The notes under the pieces are model-generated. The model did no database searches. It was given only the letters and a program-made list of their open reading frames with translations, and had not been told where the DNA came from. The translations under genes and the position numbers were made by a program. 40,000 nt of DNA. It comes from Microbulbifer sp. GL-2. Its GTDB lineage: Bacteria > Pseudomonadota > Gammaproteobacteria > Pseudomonadales > Cellvibrionaceae. Location of the stretch: assembly GCF_007183175.1 (NCBI RefSeq), contig NZ_AP019807.1, forward strand, positions 2,403,785 through 2,443,784, in the 5' to 3' direction. This document shows positions 1 to 8,881 of this stretch, one piece after another (the stretch's first letter is position 1; every line of letters starts with the position of its first letter).

Positions 1-58
1 CACTGACAGCGGCTCAGATGAGCCTGCAGCTGATCAGGAAAGTGACGAACAACAGTAA
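1..58 (+). CDS. 3' end of an upstream CDS (tail ...TDSGSDEPAADQESDEQQ*); possibly secG by synteny only
   Basis: Frame 2 is open from the window edge to TAA at 56-58. Position just upstream of tRNA-Leu(GAG) matches the secG-leuU arrangement known from E. coli and Pseudomonas. The fragment is too short to identify. Confidence 0.3.
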   Translation, partial: TDSGSDEPAADQESDEQQ

Positions 59-65
59 GATTTAA

Positions 66-151
66 GCCCAGGTGGTGGAATTGGTAGACACGCTATCTTG
101 AGGGGGTAGTGAGCTATGCTCGTGCGGGTTCAAGTCCCGCCCTGGGCACCA
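66..151 (+). tRNA. tRNA-Leu, anticodon GAG (type II, long variable arm), CCA encoded
   Basis: Acceptor stem gcccagg/cctgggc. Anticodon stem ctatc/ggtag with loop ttGAGgg. T-loop ggttcaagtcc. Discriminator A, then CCA at 149-151. Confidence 0.9.
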
Positions 152-158
152 CATCAAG
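130..158 (+). repeat. attL core (3' part of the intact tRNA-Leu plus 7 nt of trailer)
   Basis: Repeated at 19658-19686 with a single G deletion (ctggg becomes ctgg). Confidence 0.85.
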
Positions 159-186
159 ATCCGAAGAAGTTCGGAATCATCCAGAA

Positions 187-209
187 AGCCCCGTAAATCG
201 GGGCTTTTT
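187..209 (+). terminator. Rho-independent terminator after tRNA-Leu (element-borne copy)
   Basis: Stem agccccg/cggggct, loop taaat, followed by TTTTT. Confidence 0.7.
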
Positions 210-255
210 GCTATCTGGACGTTACATAGTCCTCCGCTCTAGTTCATTGTCATCC

Positions 256-314
256 GGTGCTATCTGGTGCTACATTTGGTGCTACCTCGGTTCAATTTAG
301 AAACAGGTAGCACC
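256..314. promoter_or_regulatory. Putative integrase arm-type binding sites: 3 direct GGTGCTA copies plus 1 inverted copy
   Basis: GGTGCTA at 256-262, 266-272 and 278-284. Inverted TAGCACC at 308-314, immediately before the int start codon. The same heptamer pair occurs at the other end (19584-19602). Confidence 0.6.
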
Positions 315-318
315 ACCA

Positions 319-1557
319 ATGGCCCTTACAGATACACAAATCAAACAGGCCAAACCAAGCGACAAGGATCAGTGGCTTACAGATCAGCAGGGATTACGCC
401 TATTGATCAAACCCAATGGTTCCAAGTATTGGCGGCTAAAGTACCGATTCAAAGGAAGGCAGAAAACGCTGGCCTTGGGAGTTTACCCCTCTGTAAGTCT
501 CAAACAGGCGAGGCAAAAAGTAGCTGAAGCAAAACAGCTGCTAGCAGAGGACCGCGACCCTTCAGCACAGAAACGAGTTGAGAAGCACCAAGCCAGAGTC
601 AATATTGACCTGAGTTTTGCTGCTGTTGCTGAAGAGTGGTGGAACCACCAGAAAGGAACCTGGACAGAGGACCATGCCAACCGTGTATGGACTAGGTTAC
701 GAGATAATACCTTCCCTCGAATTGGCCAAAGGCCCATTGCCGATCTTCATCCCCAAGATGTAATAGCCATTGTCCGCGATATTGAGGAGCGGGATGCTAT
801 GGATGTTGCGCAACGGGTTTTACAGGATATTCGCCGGGTTTGTCGCTATGCCGTTCAGGTTGGCAAACTTACTCACAATCCAGCGATTGAGTTAACGGGT
901 ATTTTGCGTAGCCGAAAAAGTAATCATCGGGCTTCCCTCCCACGAGAAGAGTTACCTGGTTTCCTGAAAGAGTTAGACCTCTACCAAAAGCGGGGCCGGA
1001 TATTAACCAAGCTTGCTATTCAGTTACTGATACTCACCTTTGTTAGACCTGGCGAATTGCGTTGTGCACGTTGGGAAGAGTTCGACTTTGAATCTGCTCT
1101 ATGGCGTATCCCTGGTGATCGTATGAAGATGGGCACGGATCATATTGTGCCGCTGTCTTCACAAGCACTTTCTGCACTTGAAGAGTTGAAGTCTTTAACT
1201 GGCCAGTACTCTCTACTTTTTCCCTCTGAGCGCGAAAGGGCCCGGCCCATGTCCGATAACACTATGCGTAAGGCAATTTTTAAAATGGGCTGGGATGGTT
1301 CCCAGGAAGGAAGAAGTAAAGCAAACCCCCATGGCTTCCGCGCTACAGCTTCCTCAATCTTAAATGAGACTGGCTTCAATCCTGATGCTATTGAGAGGCA
1401 ACTCTCCCACATGGAAAGGAATGGGGTACGTGCTGCATATACCCACCACGCTCGTTATATGGATGAGCGAAAAGAGATGATGCAGTGGTGGGCAAATTAC
1501 CTTGATGAGATGCGGGGAAGTGGAAAGGTAGTACCGATATTTGCACAGCAAAGTTAG
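319..1557 (+). CDS. int: Tyrosine recombinase, P4-type integrase (N-terminal DUF4102-like arm-binding domain)
   Basis: N-terminus MALTDTQIKQAKP...YWRLKYRFKGRQKTLALGVYP is typical of P4/CP4-57 integrases. C-terminal HGFRATASS...VRAAYTH carries the HxxR and catalytic Tyr. Adjacent to the tRNA att site. Confidence 0.92.
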   Translation: MALTDTQIKQAKPSDKDQWLTDQQGLRLLIKPNGSKYWRLKYRFKGRQKTLALGVYPSVSLKQARQKVAEAKQLLAEDRDPSAQKRVEKHQARVNIDLSFAAVAEEWWNHQKGTWTEDHANRVWTRLRDNTFPRIGQRPIADLHPQDVIAIVRDIEERDAMDVAQRVLQDIRRVCRYAVQVGKLTHNPAIELTGILRSRKSNHRASLPREELPGFLKELDLYQKRGRILTKLAIQLLILTFVRPGELRCARWEEFDFESALWRIPGDRMKMGTDHIVPLSSQALSALEELKSLTGQYSLLFPSERERARPMSDNTMRKAIFKMGWDGSQEGRSKANPHGFRATASSILNETGFNPDAIERQLSHMERNGVRAAYTHHARYMDERKEMMQWWANYLDEMRGSGKVVPIFAQQS

Positions 1558-1639
1558 AGCTTTCCTTCGAAGGCTGGATGTTAGGTTGAGGCAATTTTTA
1601 ACGTAGCTCGCTCATTGTGGGTTCAGTAGGGATACAGTT

Positions 1640-2854
1640 ATGGATGATTCACTACGAATTATTGAGACCGATAAGCTTGTAATGAGTATTGAAACAGCTC
1701 TGAAGCGGTTTGAAGGAAATACTCGGGCACCGGAAGAAAACTTGAAAGATTTCCTTGCCCAGCTTAGAGGGCAGATTTCCTCCTCTCTTCAAAGTGAGGG
1801 ATTAATTGCCAATGAAGGGAAAACAAGCACTTTAGCCCCAAATTCATTTTTCGAGCTTGTTAATCAAGTCAAAAAGGATAATGCAGCGAACGAGATAGAC
1901 TCGCCTCTTCGGGTGCTACATATACTTGCTACTGGGGCGTGTTTTGAAGCGGCCTTTAAGAATCGTGACTATGAAGAAGCGATACTCTATGCAATGGAGC
2001 TTGGGGCGAGCCTTACTCATAGGGCTCCTACTCACTCAAATCCAAAGTTAGGGCGGACTGATTTCGATCCTTTAGCCGGCCCATGGCCCAGATTAGAAGA
2101 TATGTCCCCATCCTCAAAAGCAGGCCGGCTCGTTTCAATAATTCAGCAAGGAAGAAAAATCTGGGGGCAGACGGATAGCATCGAAGAGTGGAAAAAGATG
2201 CAGGCCCGTCAATTAAAACATTGTAGAGATGCTGTATTTCAACAGGCAGAACGCCTTGGAAATGATTGGAAACCCGCTGCTTTTGCTACTGACGAAAGCC
2301 CTATGAATCTCTTGGAGAGTCAGATAGACCCGAAGTTTGTCTTACCTTTTGCTCGAAAGATTTGTCGGCCTTTCCCAGTGTTGGATGAGCGAGTTACAGA
2401 TGCTGAGATATATTCCCTCTATGCGATCATATGGGCTCATAAGGGCCTTGATTTGCTTGATGCTCTTGAATGTGACGCTCAGCCAATAATGCGAGAAGAC
2501 AGGAAATGGATCGACCATTGTTTAGCTGAGGCTGAAGGTTTTATTCGCCAGGCCGTAAAATTTCAAGGTGAGCATAAAGCCGGGCAGGTACTCAGCGATG
2601 ATCAGCGGAGCCGAAGAGAAAAGCGCGATCGGTGGACATCAAGTATTCGAAAGTGGCTATTTGATATTCGTGAAAAGCTTAGCCAAAGCTATGGAACTGC
2701 GAGCAAAGTTGCATATAAGTATCTTCAAGAAGCTAAGGAGAGGCGAACATCGGCTGATGGCTCTCAGTGGAAGGATGATGATGCCGCTAAGAAGTTTCTT
2801 GAGCAGGAAATCGGTAAAATCCGAAACAACAAGGAACCGTACTGCAATTGGTAA
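1640..2854 (+). CDS. Hypothetical protein, 404 aa, apparently all-alpha, no motif recognised
   Basis: Long uninterrupted ORF between int and alpA with no competing ORFs. No family motif recognised by eye. Confidence 0.6.
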   Translation: MDDSLRIIETDKLVMSIETALKRFEGNTRAPEENLKDFLAQLRGQISSSLQSEGLIANEGKTSTLAPNSFFELVNQVKKDNAANEIDSPLRVLHILATGACFEAAFKNRDYEEAILYAMELGASLTHRAPTHSNPKLGRTDFDPLAGPWPRLEDMSPSSKAGRLVSIIQQGRKIWGQTDSIEEWKKMQARQLKHCRDAVFQQAERLGNDWKPAAFATDESPMNLLESQIDPKFVLPFARKICRPFPVLDERVTDAEIYSLYAIIWAHKGLDLLDALECDAQPIMREDRKWIDHCLAEAEGFIRQAVKFQGEHKAGQVLSDDQRSRREKRDRWTSSIRKWLFDIREKLSQSYGTASKVAYKYLQEAKERRTSADGSQWKDDDAAKKFLEQEIGKIRNNKEPYCNW

Positions 2855-2869
2855 TGCTGTCTAATTTAT

Positions 2870-2923
2870 CTTTCTACCGGTAAAAAGATTCTTTGAACCG
2901 GTAGAAAGAATCTTTAACCGGTA
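2870..2923. promoter_or_regulatory. Operator-like repeats upstream of alpA
   Basis: Perfect 12-bp inverted repeat ctttctaccggt (2870-2881) and accggtagaaag (2897-2908). (A/T)ACCGGTA occurs three times, and AGAWTCTTT(G)AACCGGTA is directly repeated. Confidence 0.5.
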
Positions 2924-3007
2924 AGCGGATATCTCGGCTTTCCTTTCATTGATTCAATCTCCTCACCGCCACAGACGTTCACTGTGGTTTGTTAAAGGAG
3001 ACTGAAT

Positions 3008-3256
3008 ATGCCCCTCTCAAATACTCATCCCCAAATGCCGGATGTTTTACCTAGCCCGCCGAGCGACCCTATTTTGCGCCTGCCAGAGGTAGAGCGACAG
3101 ACTGGGCTCAAGAAGACTTATATCTATGCCCTGGTGAAAAAAGGCGAATTCCCCACCCCTATCAAACTTGGTGAGCGCGCCAGCGGTTGGCTCTCTTCAG
3201 AGGTACGTCAATGGATACAGGATCGTATTGCTATTTCTCGTGCGGGAGGCAAGTAA
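3008..3256 (+). CDS. alpA: AlpA-family (MerR-like HTH) prophage regulator/excisionase
   Basis: ILRLPEVERQTGLKKTYIYALVKKGEFPTPIKLGERASGWLSSEVRQWI matches the AlpA/Vis family pattern. Strong RBS aaaggag upstream of the ATG. Confidence 0.85.
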   Translation: MPLSNTHPQMPDVLPSPPSDPILRLPEVERQTGLKKTYIYALVKKGEFPTPIKLGERASGWLSSEVRQWIQDRIAISRAGGK

Positions 3257-3744
3257 TGACTTTTCGTGCTTCCTCTCCCTACACACACCAGCAAGTAGCT
3301 GAATTTGCTCGAAGCTATCGGAAAACAGAAAGCGCTGAGTTTGAGCATAAAATACTTCTTTCGAATTCAAATCTAAGCCCTGAAGACCGGAAACTCTTCC
3401 TCAGCTCTATCATGGAGACATTTGATATGGGCTGTCCTATCCCTGGTTATGAGTTGCTTTTGTTTCTATGGCCAACGGGTGAAGCAGCGTTTCTAGCTAT
3501 AAGTTCTGACTCATTTAACCCTATTGTTGATCAGCAACATGGCCGCGCCCATTGGTATCTCTCCTCCCCCAATACAATAGCACTAGGACTTCCTGATACT
3601 GAGGTGGTGAACCTTTACCGCCTTAGAGCAGGTCTCTCTCTGGGAGGTTGGTTAGTTTGGGATGGTATCCAATTGGAATACCACCCATCGGAAGAAGCTG
3701 ATGCCCTAGAGCTTCGCAATGGAGGGCTTAGAAATGTCAGCTAA
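3256..3744 (+). CDS. Hypothetical protein (162 aa)
   Basis: ATG at 3256 overlaps the alpA stop (TAATG), suggesting translational coupling. The track ORF beginning at 3187 would overlap alpA. Confidence 0.55.
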   Translation: MTFRASSPYTHQQVAEFARSYRKTESAEFEHKILLSNSNLSPEDRKLFLSSIMETFDMGCPIPGYELLLFLWPTGEAAFLAISSDSFNPIVDQQHGRAHWYLSSPNTIALGLPDTEVVNLYRLRAGLSLGGWLVWDGIQLEYHPSEEADALELRNGGLRNVS

Positions 3745-4174
3745 TATACGTACCCTCGCCATGCCATATTGCCTAGATTTGCAGCCATGCGGTCGCTACG
3801 CACTACTCAATCGAAACTACAAGCCAGTTGGTTTTAGCGGCAGATCATTTGTCTACTATGAAGAGTACCCTGTACTTTTCAATATCAGAATTACACCCAA
3901 AAAAGCGGCAGTAATCTCCTTTAAAGGTGATCCTGATCCGAGGCGAATTATTCTTTATAACGATGGTTGTATCCCTACCGCTAACTCGGAAACCTGGCTT
4001 TTTTATCAGGCTAAATTAGCGATCTTGACGCGATTACATCATTACAATGATGATGAATATCACGAACAGGACAAAGCAAAACGTATCCGTTTGGCCAACT
4101 TACGCGATGCAAAACGGTTTACGGAACCTAAGGGCGTAGCGGTTTCCCTACCGCCAAATTTATCACCACGCTAA
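3734..4174 (+). CDS. Hypothetical protein (146 aa)
   Basis: ATG at 3734 is preceded by ggaggg. An alternative start exists at 3719. Overlaps the previous ORF's end by 11 nt. Confidence 0.5.
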   Translation: MSANIRTLAMPYCLDLQPCGRYALLNRNYKPVGFSGRSFVYYEEYPVLFNIRITPKKAAVISFKGDPDPRRIILYNDGCIPTANSETWLFYQAKLAILTRLHHYNDDEYHEQDKAKRIRLANLRDAKRFTEPKGVAVSLPPNLSPR

Positions 4175-4213
4175 ATAAGACTATTGCCTCTATTCGGGGC
4201 GATCTTACCCCCT

Positions 4214-4336
4214 CTTAAAAAAGGTGTTACAGGTGTGCAGGTGTTACAGCATGGCTGAAAGCCTCGTATTTATTGGCTTTCCGCTGTCACACCTTTCTGT
4301 TACCCCAAGAGTGTTACAGCAAAAAGGTGTAACAGG
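4214..4336 (+). repeat. Iteron block A (putative origin), GGTGT(T/G/A)ACAG family in both orientations
   Basis: ggtgttacag at 4223-4232 and 4240-4249. Variants are ggtgtgcag, ctgtcacacc, ctgttacccc, agtgttacag and ggtgtaacag. The whole ~125 bp block recurs inverted at 18413-18537. Confidence 0.7.
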
Positions 4337-4405
4337 AATGAGGCCCGCAGTTCTGTTGGAAGCCTTATGGGGCGGGGGTTAAAGCTAAAAATATAAGGAA
4401 AACTA

Positions 4406-7234
4406 ATGGCACGCTTTGATATTAAACGAGTGGCAGACTTCGCCCTTGATCGGGCTGATGAAGTATTGGCGCACTGGGCTCCAGATGGCTCATACCAGGG
4501 AGCTGAATATATTGCTCTTAACCCAACTCGATCTGATAGCAGCAAAGGGTCCTTCTCAGTAAATCGCAATACCGGTGCATGGGCGGATTTTGCAGCTGAT
4601 GAAAAAGGTGGGGACCTCGTATCGTTGGTTGCCTATCTTGAGGGGGTAAACAATGGAGAGGCAGCACAAAGGCTTGCTGCTTTTCTGGGGCTCTCTGAAG
4701 GGGAGTCTATACCGCCTAGCTCAACCTATAAGTCGAAAACCAAAAAGCCAGCCGGTAACTCCTGGGAAGCCGTATTGCCGGTACCTTTAGAAGCAGAGCA
4801 TTCTTGCCCAACAACCCATCCCCATAACGGTAAACCCTCTAAAGTTTGGGAGTACCGTGGGCAGTGCGGCTCACTGCTAATGAAGGTGATGCGTTTTGAC
4901 ATTCAGAAAGGCGATGCAAGATCAAAAGACTATCGCCCCTTAACCTATTGCCGGGATTCAAATGGACGCAACTCTTGGAGATGGAAGCAGCCGGTAAAAA
5001 AGCGGCCACTCTATAAGCTGGATCTATTGGTAAAGCGCTCTAAAGCTCCGGTATTGCTAACCGAAGGTGAAAAGGCTGCGGATGCAGCTGCTAGCCTGCT
5101 GCCGGGTTATGTTTCCATGACCTGGCCCGGTGGCAGTAAAGCGCTGGGCAAAGCAGATTTTAAGCCCCTACATGGAAGGGAAGTACTTCTCTGGCCCGAT
5201 AATGATGCAGCAGGCAAAGACTGTATGCTTAAGCTGGCCGCGATCCTACACACTATGGAGTGTAAGGTTTCTACAGTGTGTTTAGAGTCCTTAGGACCTA
5301 AGTGGCCAGCAAAAGGCGATGCGGCTGATGTGGAAGCTGTCGGTATTACAAGAGAGCAGCTTACAGCCTTAATTACAGAGGGAAAGTTTTTAACGTCCTA
5401 TCAACCCGTGGCAACAGAACATCCAGCCCAAAATAAGGGAGGAAGTAATAAAGGGGCCGAGTCTGGGCAATTTGTAGTAAATGATCGTGGGGTTTTCTTC
5501 CCTGTTCAGGGGGCAGATGATGAGCCTTCACTAATGAGAATCTGTGATCGCCTGGATGTGCTTGCTTTAACTCGTGACTCCCAAGGAAGAAACTGGGGTA
5601 CGTTGGTTCGCTTCCTTGACCCTGATGGCATTGTTAAAGAGTGGAATATACCCAGTGAGTACCTAGCGACCGAGGGCGGTGCAGAAGTGCTTAAGCAGCT
5701 ATATAGCATGGGACTCCGCGCTGAAGCTGGGCAGCAGCCAAGGCGTAGAATTATTCAATATCTGCAAACGACAAAAAGCCCTAATCGCTATGTTTTAGTG
5801 AACAAACTGGGCTGGCATGGCAATGCATACCTACTACCGAATGAAACCCTGGGAACCCCTGTAGAGCCACTGTATTTTTACTCCACAAGCCCAGATCTCA
5901 ACAAGATAAAGTTAAGTGGTGAGCTTCAGCAATGGCGTGAGCATGTAGCGAGCTATTGTAAGAACAATACCCGATTGTTATTTTCGGTTTCAGCGGCATT
6001 TGCCGGGCCCCTACTAAATCTCATTGGTATGGAAACGACCGGCTTTCACTTCTTTGGTGATAGCTCCCAAGGCAAAACGACCCTGCTAAAAGTAGCTGCT
6101 TCAGTGTATGGCGGTCCTGATTTTGTTCGTACCTGGCGCAGTACGGATAACGCACTAGAGAGTATTGCTGCCTCCCACTCTGACGGCCTTTTAATCCTTG
6201 ATGAGATCAGCCAATGCGATCCCCGTATTGTGGGGGATATTGCCTATATGCTGGGAAATGGCACTGGCAAGGCAAGGGCTAATGATCGCGGAGGCGTACG
6301 CGGGAATGCATTTGAATGGAGGCTTGTCTTCCTATCTACAGGAGAGCGTACGCTTGATCAACAGATGGCTGAAGTGGGCAAGAAAGCAAAAGCTGGGCAA
6401 GAGGTTCGGCTACTGGCTATTCCCTCGGATACAGGGAGCGGAGCCGGTATCTTTGATGAACTGCATGGGTTTGCTGGTGGTGCTGCGTTATCGCGTTATA
6501 TGGTTGAGAAAGCTTCCTTGTTCCATGGAGTACCCCTTTATACGTTTATCAGAGAGCTTTGCGCTAGCAACTTGGAAAAGCTGGCAAGCCAGATTCGCCG
6601 AGAGCTTGTGAACTTTGCCGCAGAGCTGTCTGATGATGTAAGTGGTCAAGTACGCAGAGCAGCAGACAAGTTTGCTCTTGTTGGCTTTGCCGGAGAGCTG
6701 GCTTCCACTGCGGGAATTACAGGCTGGACTAAAGGTATGGCTATGGAAGCGGCCAAATCCTGTTTTAGTGCTTGGGTATCGGCCCGTGGCGGTGTTGGAA
6801 ACCTGGAGGACCGGCAGACCTTGTCAGCACTGAGATTATTTTTTGATCTCTACGGAGAGTCCCACTTTACCCGCTGGGATCGAGAGGACTTTACCGCTGA
6901 TGATCACACTGTTCGCACCCTGAAGCGCTGCGGCTACCGGAAAACGCTACAAGACAGTAATGCCCTTGAGGGGCAGGCTTGCTCTGAAACTGTTTACTAC
7001 GTTTACCCGGCCACTTTCAAAGCTGAGGTTTGCAAGGGGCTTAGTGATCGCAAGGCGAAGCAACTACTGGCCGCCTGTGGTGCTTTGGAGCGTGATGGCA
7101 ACGGGAAATTCTCGATACCAACGCGTTTGCCAAACAGTGGGCGTAACCCTGAGCGGGTGTTGATCATTCGACCTCACTTGATTCCTGTTGAAGATGATGG
7201 AGAAAAGGGACTACTTACGAAAAAGGCCGCGTAG
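4406..7234 (+). CDS. Primase-helicase (Toprim domain plus DUF927-type P-loop NTPase), the element's replication protein
   Basis: Toprim-like segment LTEGEKAADAA...LLWPDNDAAGKD. Walker A GDSSQGKTT and Walker B LLILDEIS. The N-terminus GSFSVNRNTGAWADFAADEKGGDLVSL is typical of island and satellite primases. Confidence 0.85.
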   Translation: MARFDIKRVADFALDRADEVLAHWAPDGSYQGAEYIALNPTRSDSSKGSFSVNRNTGAWADFAADEKGGDLVSLVAYLEGVNNGEAAQRLAAFLGLSEGESIPPSSTYKSKTKKPAGNSWEAVLPVPLEAEHSCPTTHPHNGKPSKVWEYRGQCGSLLMKVMRFDIQKGDARSKDYRPLTYCRDSNGRNSWRWKQPVKKRPLYKLDLLVKRSKAPVLLTEGEKAADAAASLLPGYVSMTWPGGSKALGKADFKPLHGREVLLWPDNDAAGKDCMLKLAAILHTMECKVSTVCLESLGPKWPAKGDAADVEAVGITREQLTALITEGKFLTSYQPVATEHPAQNKGGSNKGAESGQFVVNDRGVFFPVQGADDEPSLMRICDRLDVLALTRDSQGRNWGTLVRFLDPDGIVKEWNIPSEYLATEGGAEVLKQLYSMGLRAEAGQQPRRRIIQYLQTTKSPNRYVLVNKLGWHGNAYLLPNETLGTPVEPLYFYSTSPDLNKIKLSGELQQWREHVASYCKNNTRLLFSVSAAFAGPLLNLIGMETTGFHFFGDSSQGKTTLLKVAASVYGGPDFVRTWRSTDNALESIAASHSDGLLILDEISQCDPRIVGDIAYMLGNGTGKARANDRGGVRGNAFEWRLVFLSTGERTLDQQMAEVGKKAKAGQEVRLLAIPSDTGSGAGIFDELHGFAGGAALSRYMVEKASLFHGVPLYTFIRELCASNLEKLASQIRRELVNFAAELSDDVSGQVRRAADKFALVGFAGELASTAGITGWTKGMAMEAAKSCFSAWVSARGGVGNLEDRQTLSALRLFFDLYGESHFTRWDREDFTADDHTVRTLKRCGYRKTLQDSNALEGQACSETVYYVYPATFKAEVCKGLSDRKAKQLLAACGALERDGNGKFSIPTRLPNSGRNPERVLIIRPHLIPVEDDGEKGLLTKKAA

Positions 7235-7240
7235 CCCATA

Positions 7241-7280
7241 CCGTTTACAGGTGTTGTAAACGGTGTGCAGCCGTTTACAC
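7241..7280. repeat. Iteron-like hairpin just after the primase gene
   Basis: ccgtttacaggtgttgtaaacggtgtgcagccgtttacac contains the stem ccgtttaca/tgtaaacgg and a ggtgtgcag unit as in block A. Confidence 0.4.
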
Positions 7281-7556
7281 TCTCAAAATAAGTAACTGCC
7301 TATTTGGTAAACAATTAGCTTGTAGGGGATAAACCCAAAGCTTGCCGGTGGCTTTAGTTGGCCAATTTCAAAGTGCACTCTATTTGCAGCTTTGCGGACC
7401 AGACTATGTGTAATCGTGTACTATCCATCCAGATATTCAAGCTTTACACAAAGCCTGCCCCAGTAGACGATGCCTCTTCGGTATTAAATTAATTTGGCAT
7501 TTAAAGGTTTTAGAATCAAACACCAACATTTTACTATTCTATCTTTTCAATTAGGA

Positions 7557-8543
7557 TTACAAACGGTCTGTGGGGCTCAATACACCTTTGCCGCCCCGAT
7601 TCACAACATGAGTGTAAATCTCCGTAGTGGATATATCCGCATGCCCTAGTAGCTCCTGAATTGTCCTAAGATCGTAGCCAACTTCTAATAGGTGAGTGGC
7701 GAAACTGTGCCGGAATGCATGTGCTCTGGGCGGCTTGTTGATGCCAGATTCCTGCACAGCACGCCGTAACTGCTTTGCAAGTGCCGAAGGATGAAGATGA
7801 TGCCGTCTTATCACGCCGCTACGGGGGCAAGGGCCAACGCGCGAAGCTGGAAACAAGAATTGCCAAGCTGTGGTACGGGCAGCAGAGGGGTACTTCCGCT
7901 CTAATGCATCCGGCATATAGACATCCCCATAGCCATTTGCGATATCCCATGCATGAGTCATTTCGACCTGTTGAATTTGAGTGCGCAGGTCAGGTATCAG
8001 GCCTTGTGGAAGTATTGTGGTTCGGTCTTTATTACCTTTGCCTCCCCGTACGAACACATTGTTACTGCCAAAATCGATGTCCTTAACTCTCAATGATAAG
8101 AGTTCGGCACATCTGAGCCCTGTGCCGTACATTAGTTTAACTTGAAGGCAGTAGACACCTTTCAGCTTTGAGATAATGGCTCTAATCTCTTCCCGACTGT
8201 AAACAATTGGAAGGCGACGATGTTGCTTTGCAGGCGAAAAGCCAATGTTGGAAGTATCAACCCCCAAAAAACGTTTATAAAGATATACCAGTGCATTTAG
8301 CGCGATCCGCTGGGTGTTAACTGAACAATGCCGTTTTACCGACAGGTGGTTTAGGAACGCCTCGACCTCGGCAATACCGATTTCCCGAGGGTGTCGTAGT
8401 TTATGAAAGTGAATAAAGCGTTTTATCCAGTGAACGTAAGTCTGTTCAGTCCGATAGGCTAGACCTGCCTCACGAATATGAAGTCGAATGCTGGGGATGA
8501 ATTTGGTTGAATGCCTGGGAAGCCTGTGACGAATATCATCCAT
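7557..8543 (-). CDS. intI: Integron integrase IntI (328 aa from the internal ATG)
   Basis: AYRTEQTYVHWIKRFIHFH, GKGNKDRTTILP, and the IntI-specific insertion ALERKYPSAARTTAWQFLFPAS...RRHHLHPSAL. C-terminal HAFRHSFATHLLEVGYDLRTIQELLGHADISTTEIYTHV closely parallels VchIntIA as remembered. All catalytic R/K/H/R/H/Y residues are present. Confidence 0.93.
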   Translation of the reverse strand: MDDIRHRLPRHSTKFIPSIRLHIREAGLAYRTEQTYVHWIKRFIHFHKLRHPREIGIAEVEAFLNHLSVKRHCSVNTQRIALNALVYLYKRFLGVDTSNIGFSPAKQHRRLPIVYSREEIRAIISKLKGVYCLQVKLMYGTGLRCAELLSLRVKDIDFGSNNVFVRGGKGNKDRTTILPQGLIPDLRTQIQQVEMTHAWDIANGYGDVYMPDALERKYPSAARTTAWQFLFPASRVGPCPRSGVIRRHHLHPSALAKQLRRAVQESGINKPPRAHAFRHSFATHLLEVGYDLRTIQELLGHADISTTEIYTHVVNRGGKGVLSPTDRL

Positions 8544-8857
8544 GATCGTACCCTCACAACTGTATATAAACACAGTTATGGGTGCAATAATCACAGGTGT
8601 CAAGCCCCGAATTATAGAGCCATGGCTGACATCCGCAGAAAGGTTCCCCCTAACTTATTGATTTAATTGCGGGTAAAATGTGTTCAAGAGCAGGAGGTGT
8701 TACCAGGCGACTTGAGCCGATGGCTTACTATCTCTGGTTATTATTTGATCGTAAATTTATAACCTACTGTAAATAAAGGCTTTTTTACATAGCTTGAAGG
8801 GTCTACTTCAGAAATAGTGGCCAAATCGATAGTGAGCCACTGGCTCTTTAATAAACT

Positions 8858-8864
8858 GTTAGGC
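8858..8864 (+). other. attI recombination core GTTAGGC
   Basis: Canonical GTTRRRY core lies 18 nt upstream of the first cassette ATG and ~315 bp from the intI start. The extent of the full attI is not determinable by eye. Confidence 0.6.
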
Positions 8865-8881
8865 AAGAATGAGATCGAGCT

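Noticed and set aside
109-527. Small ORFs 109-300 and 267-527 overlap the tRNA, attL and the int start
   Set aside because: They overlap the tRNA, terminator and arm-site repeats and the well-supported integrase frame.
8745-8775. A possible cassette promoter (TTGATC, then 17-19 nt, then TGTAAATA) in the intI-attI interval
   Set aside because: The spacing and the -10 match are poor. I cannot distinguish it from chance AT-rich sequence, and Pc may lie inside intI as in class 1 integrons.
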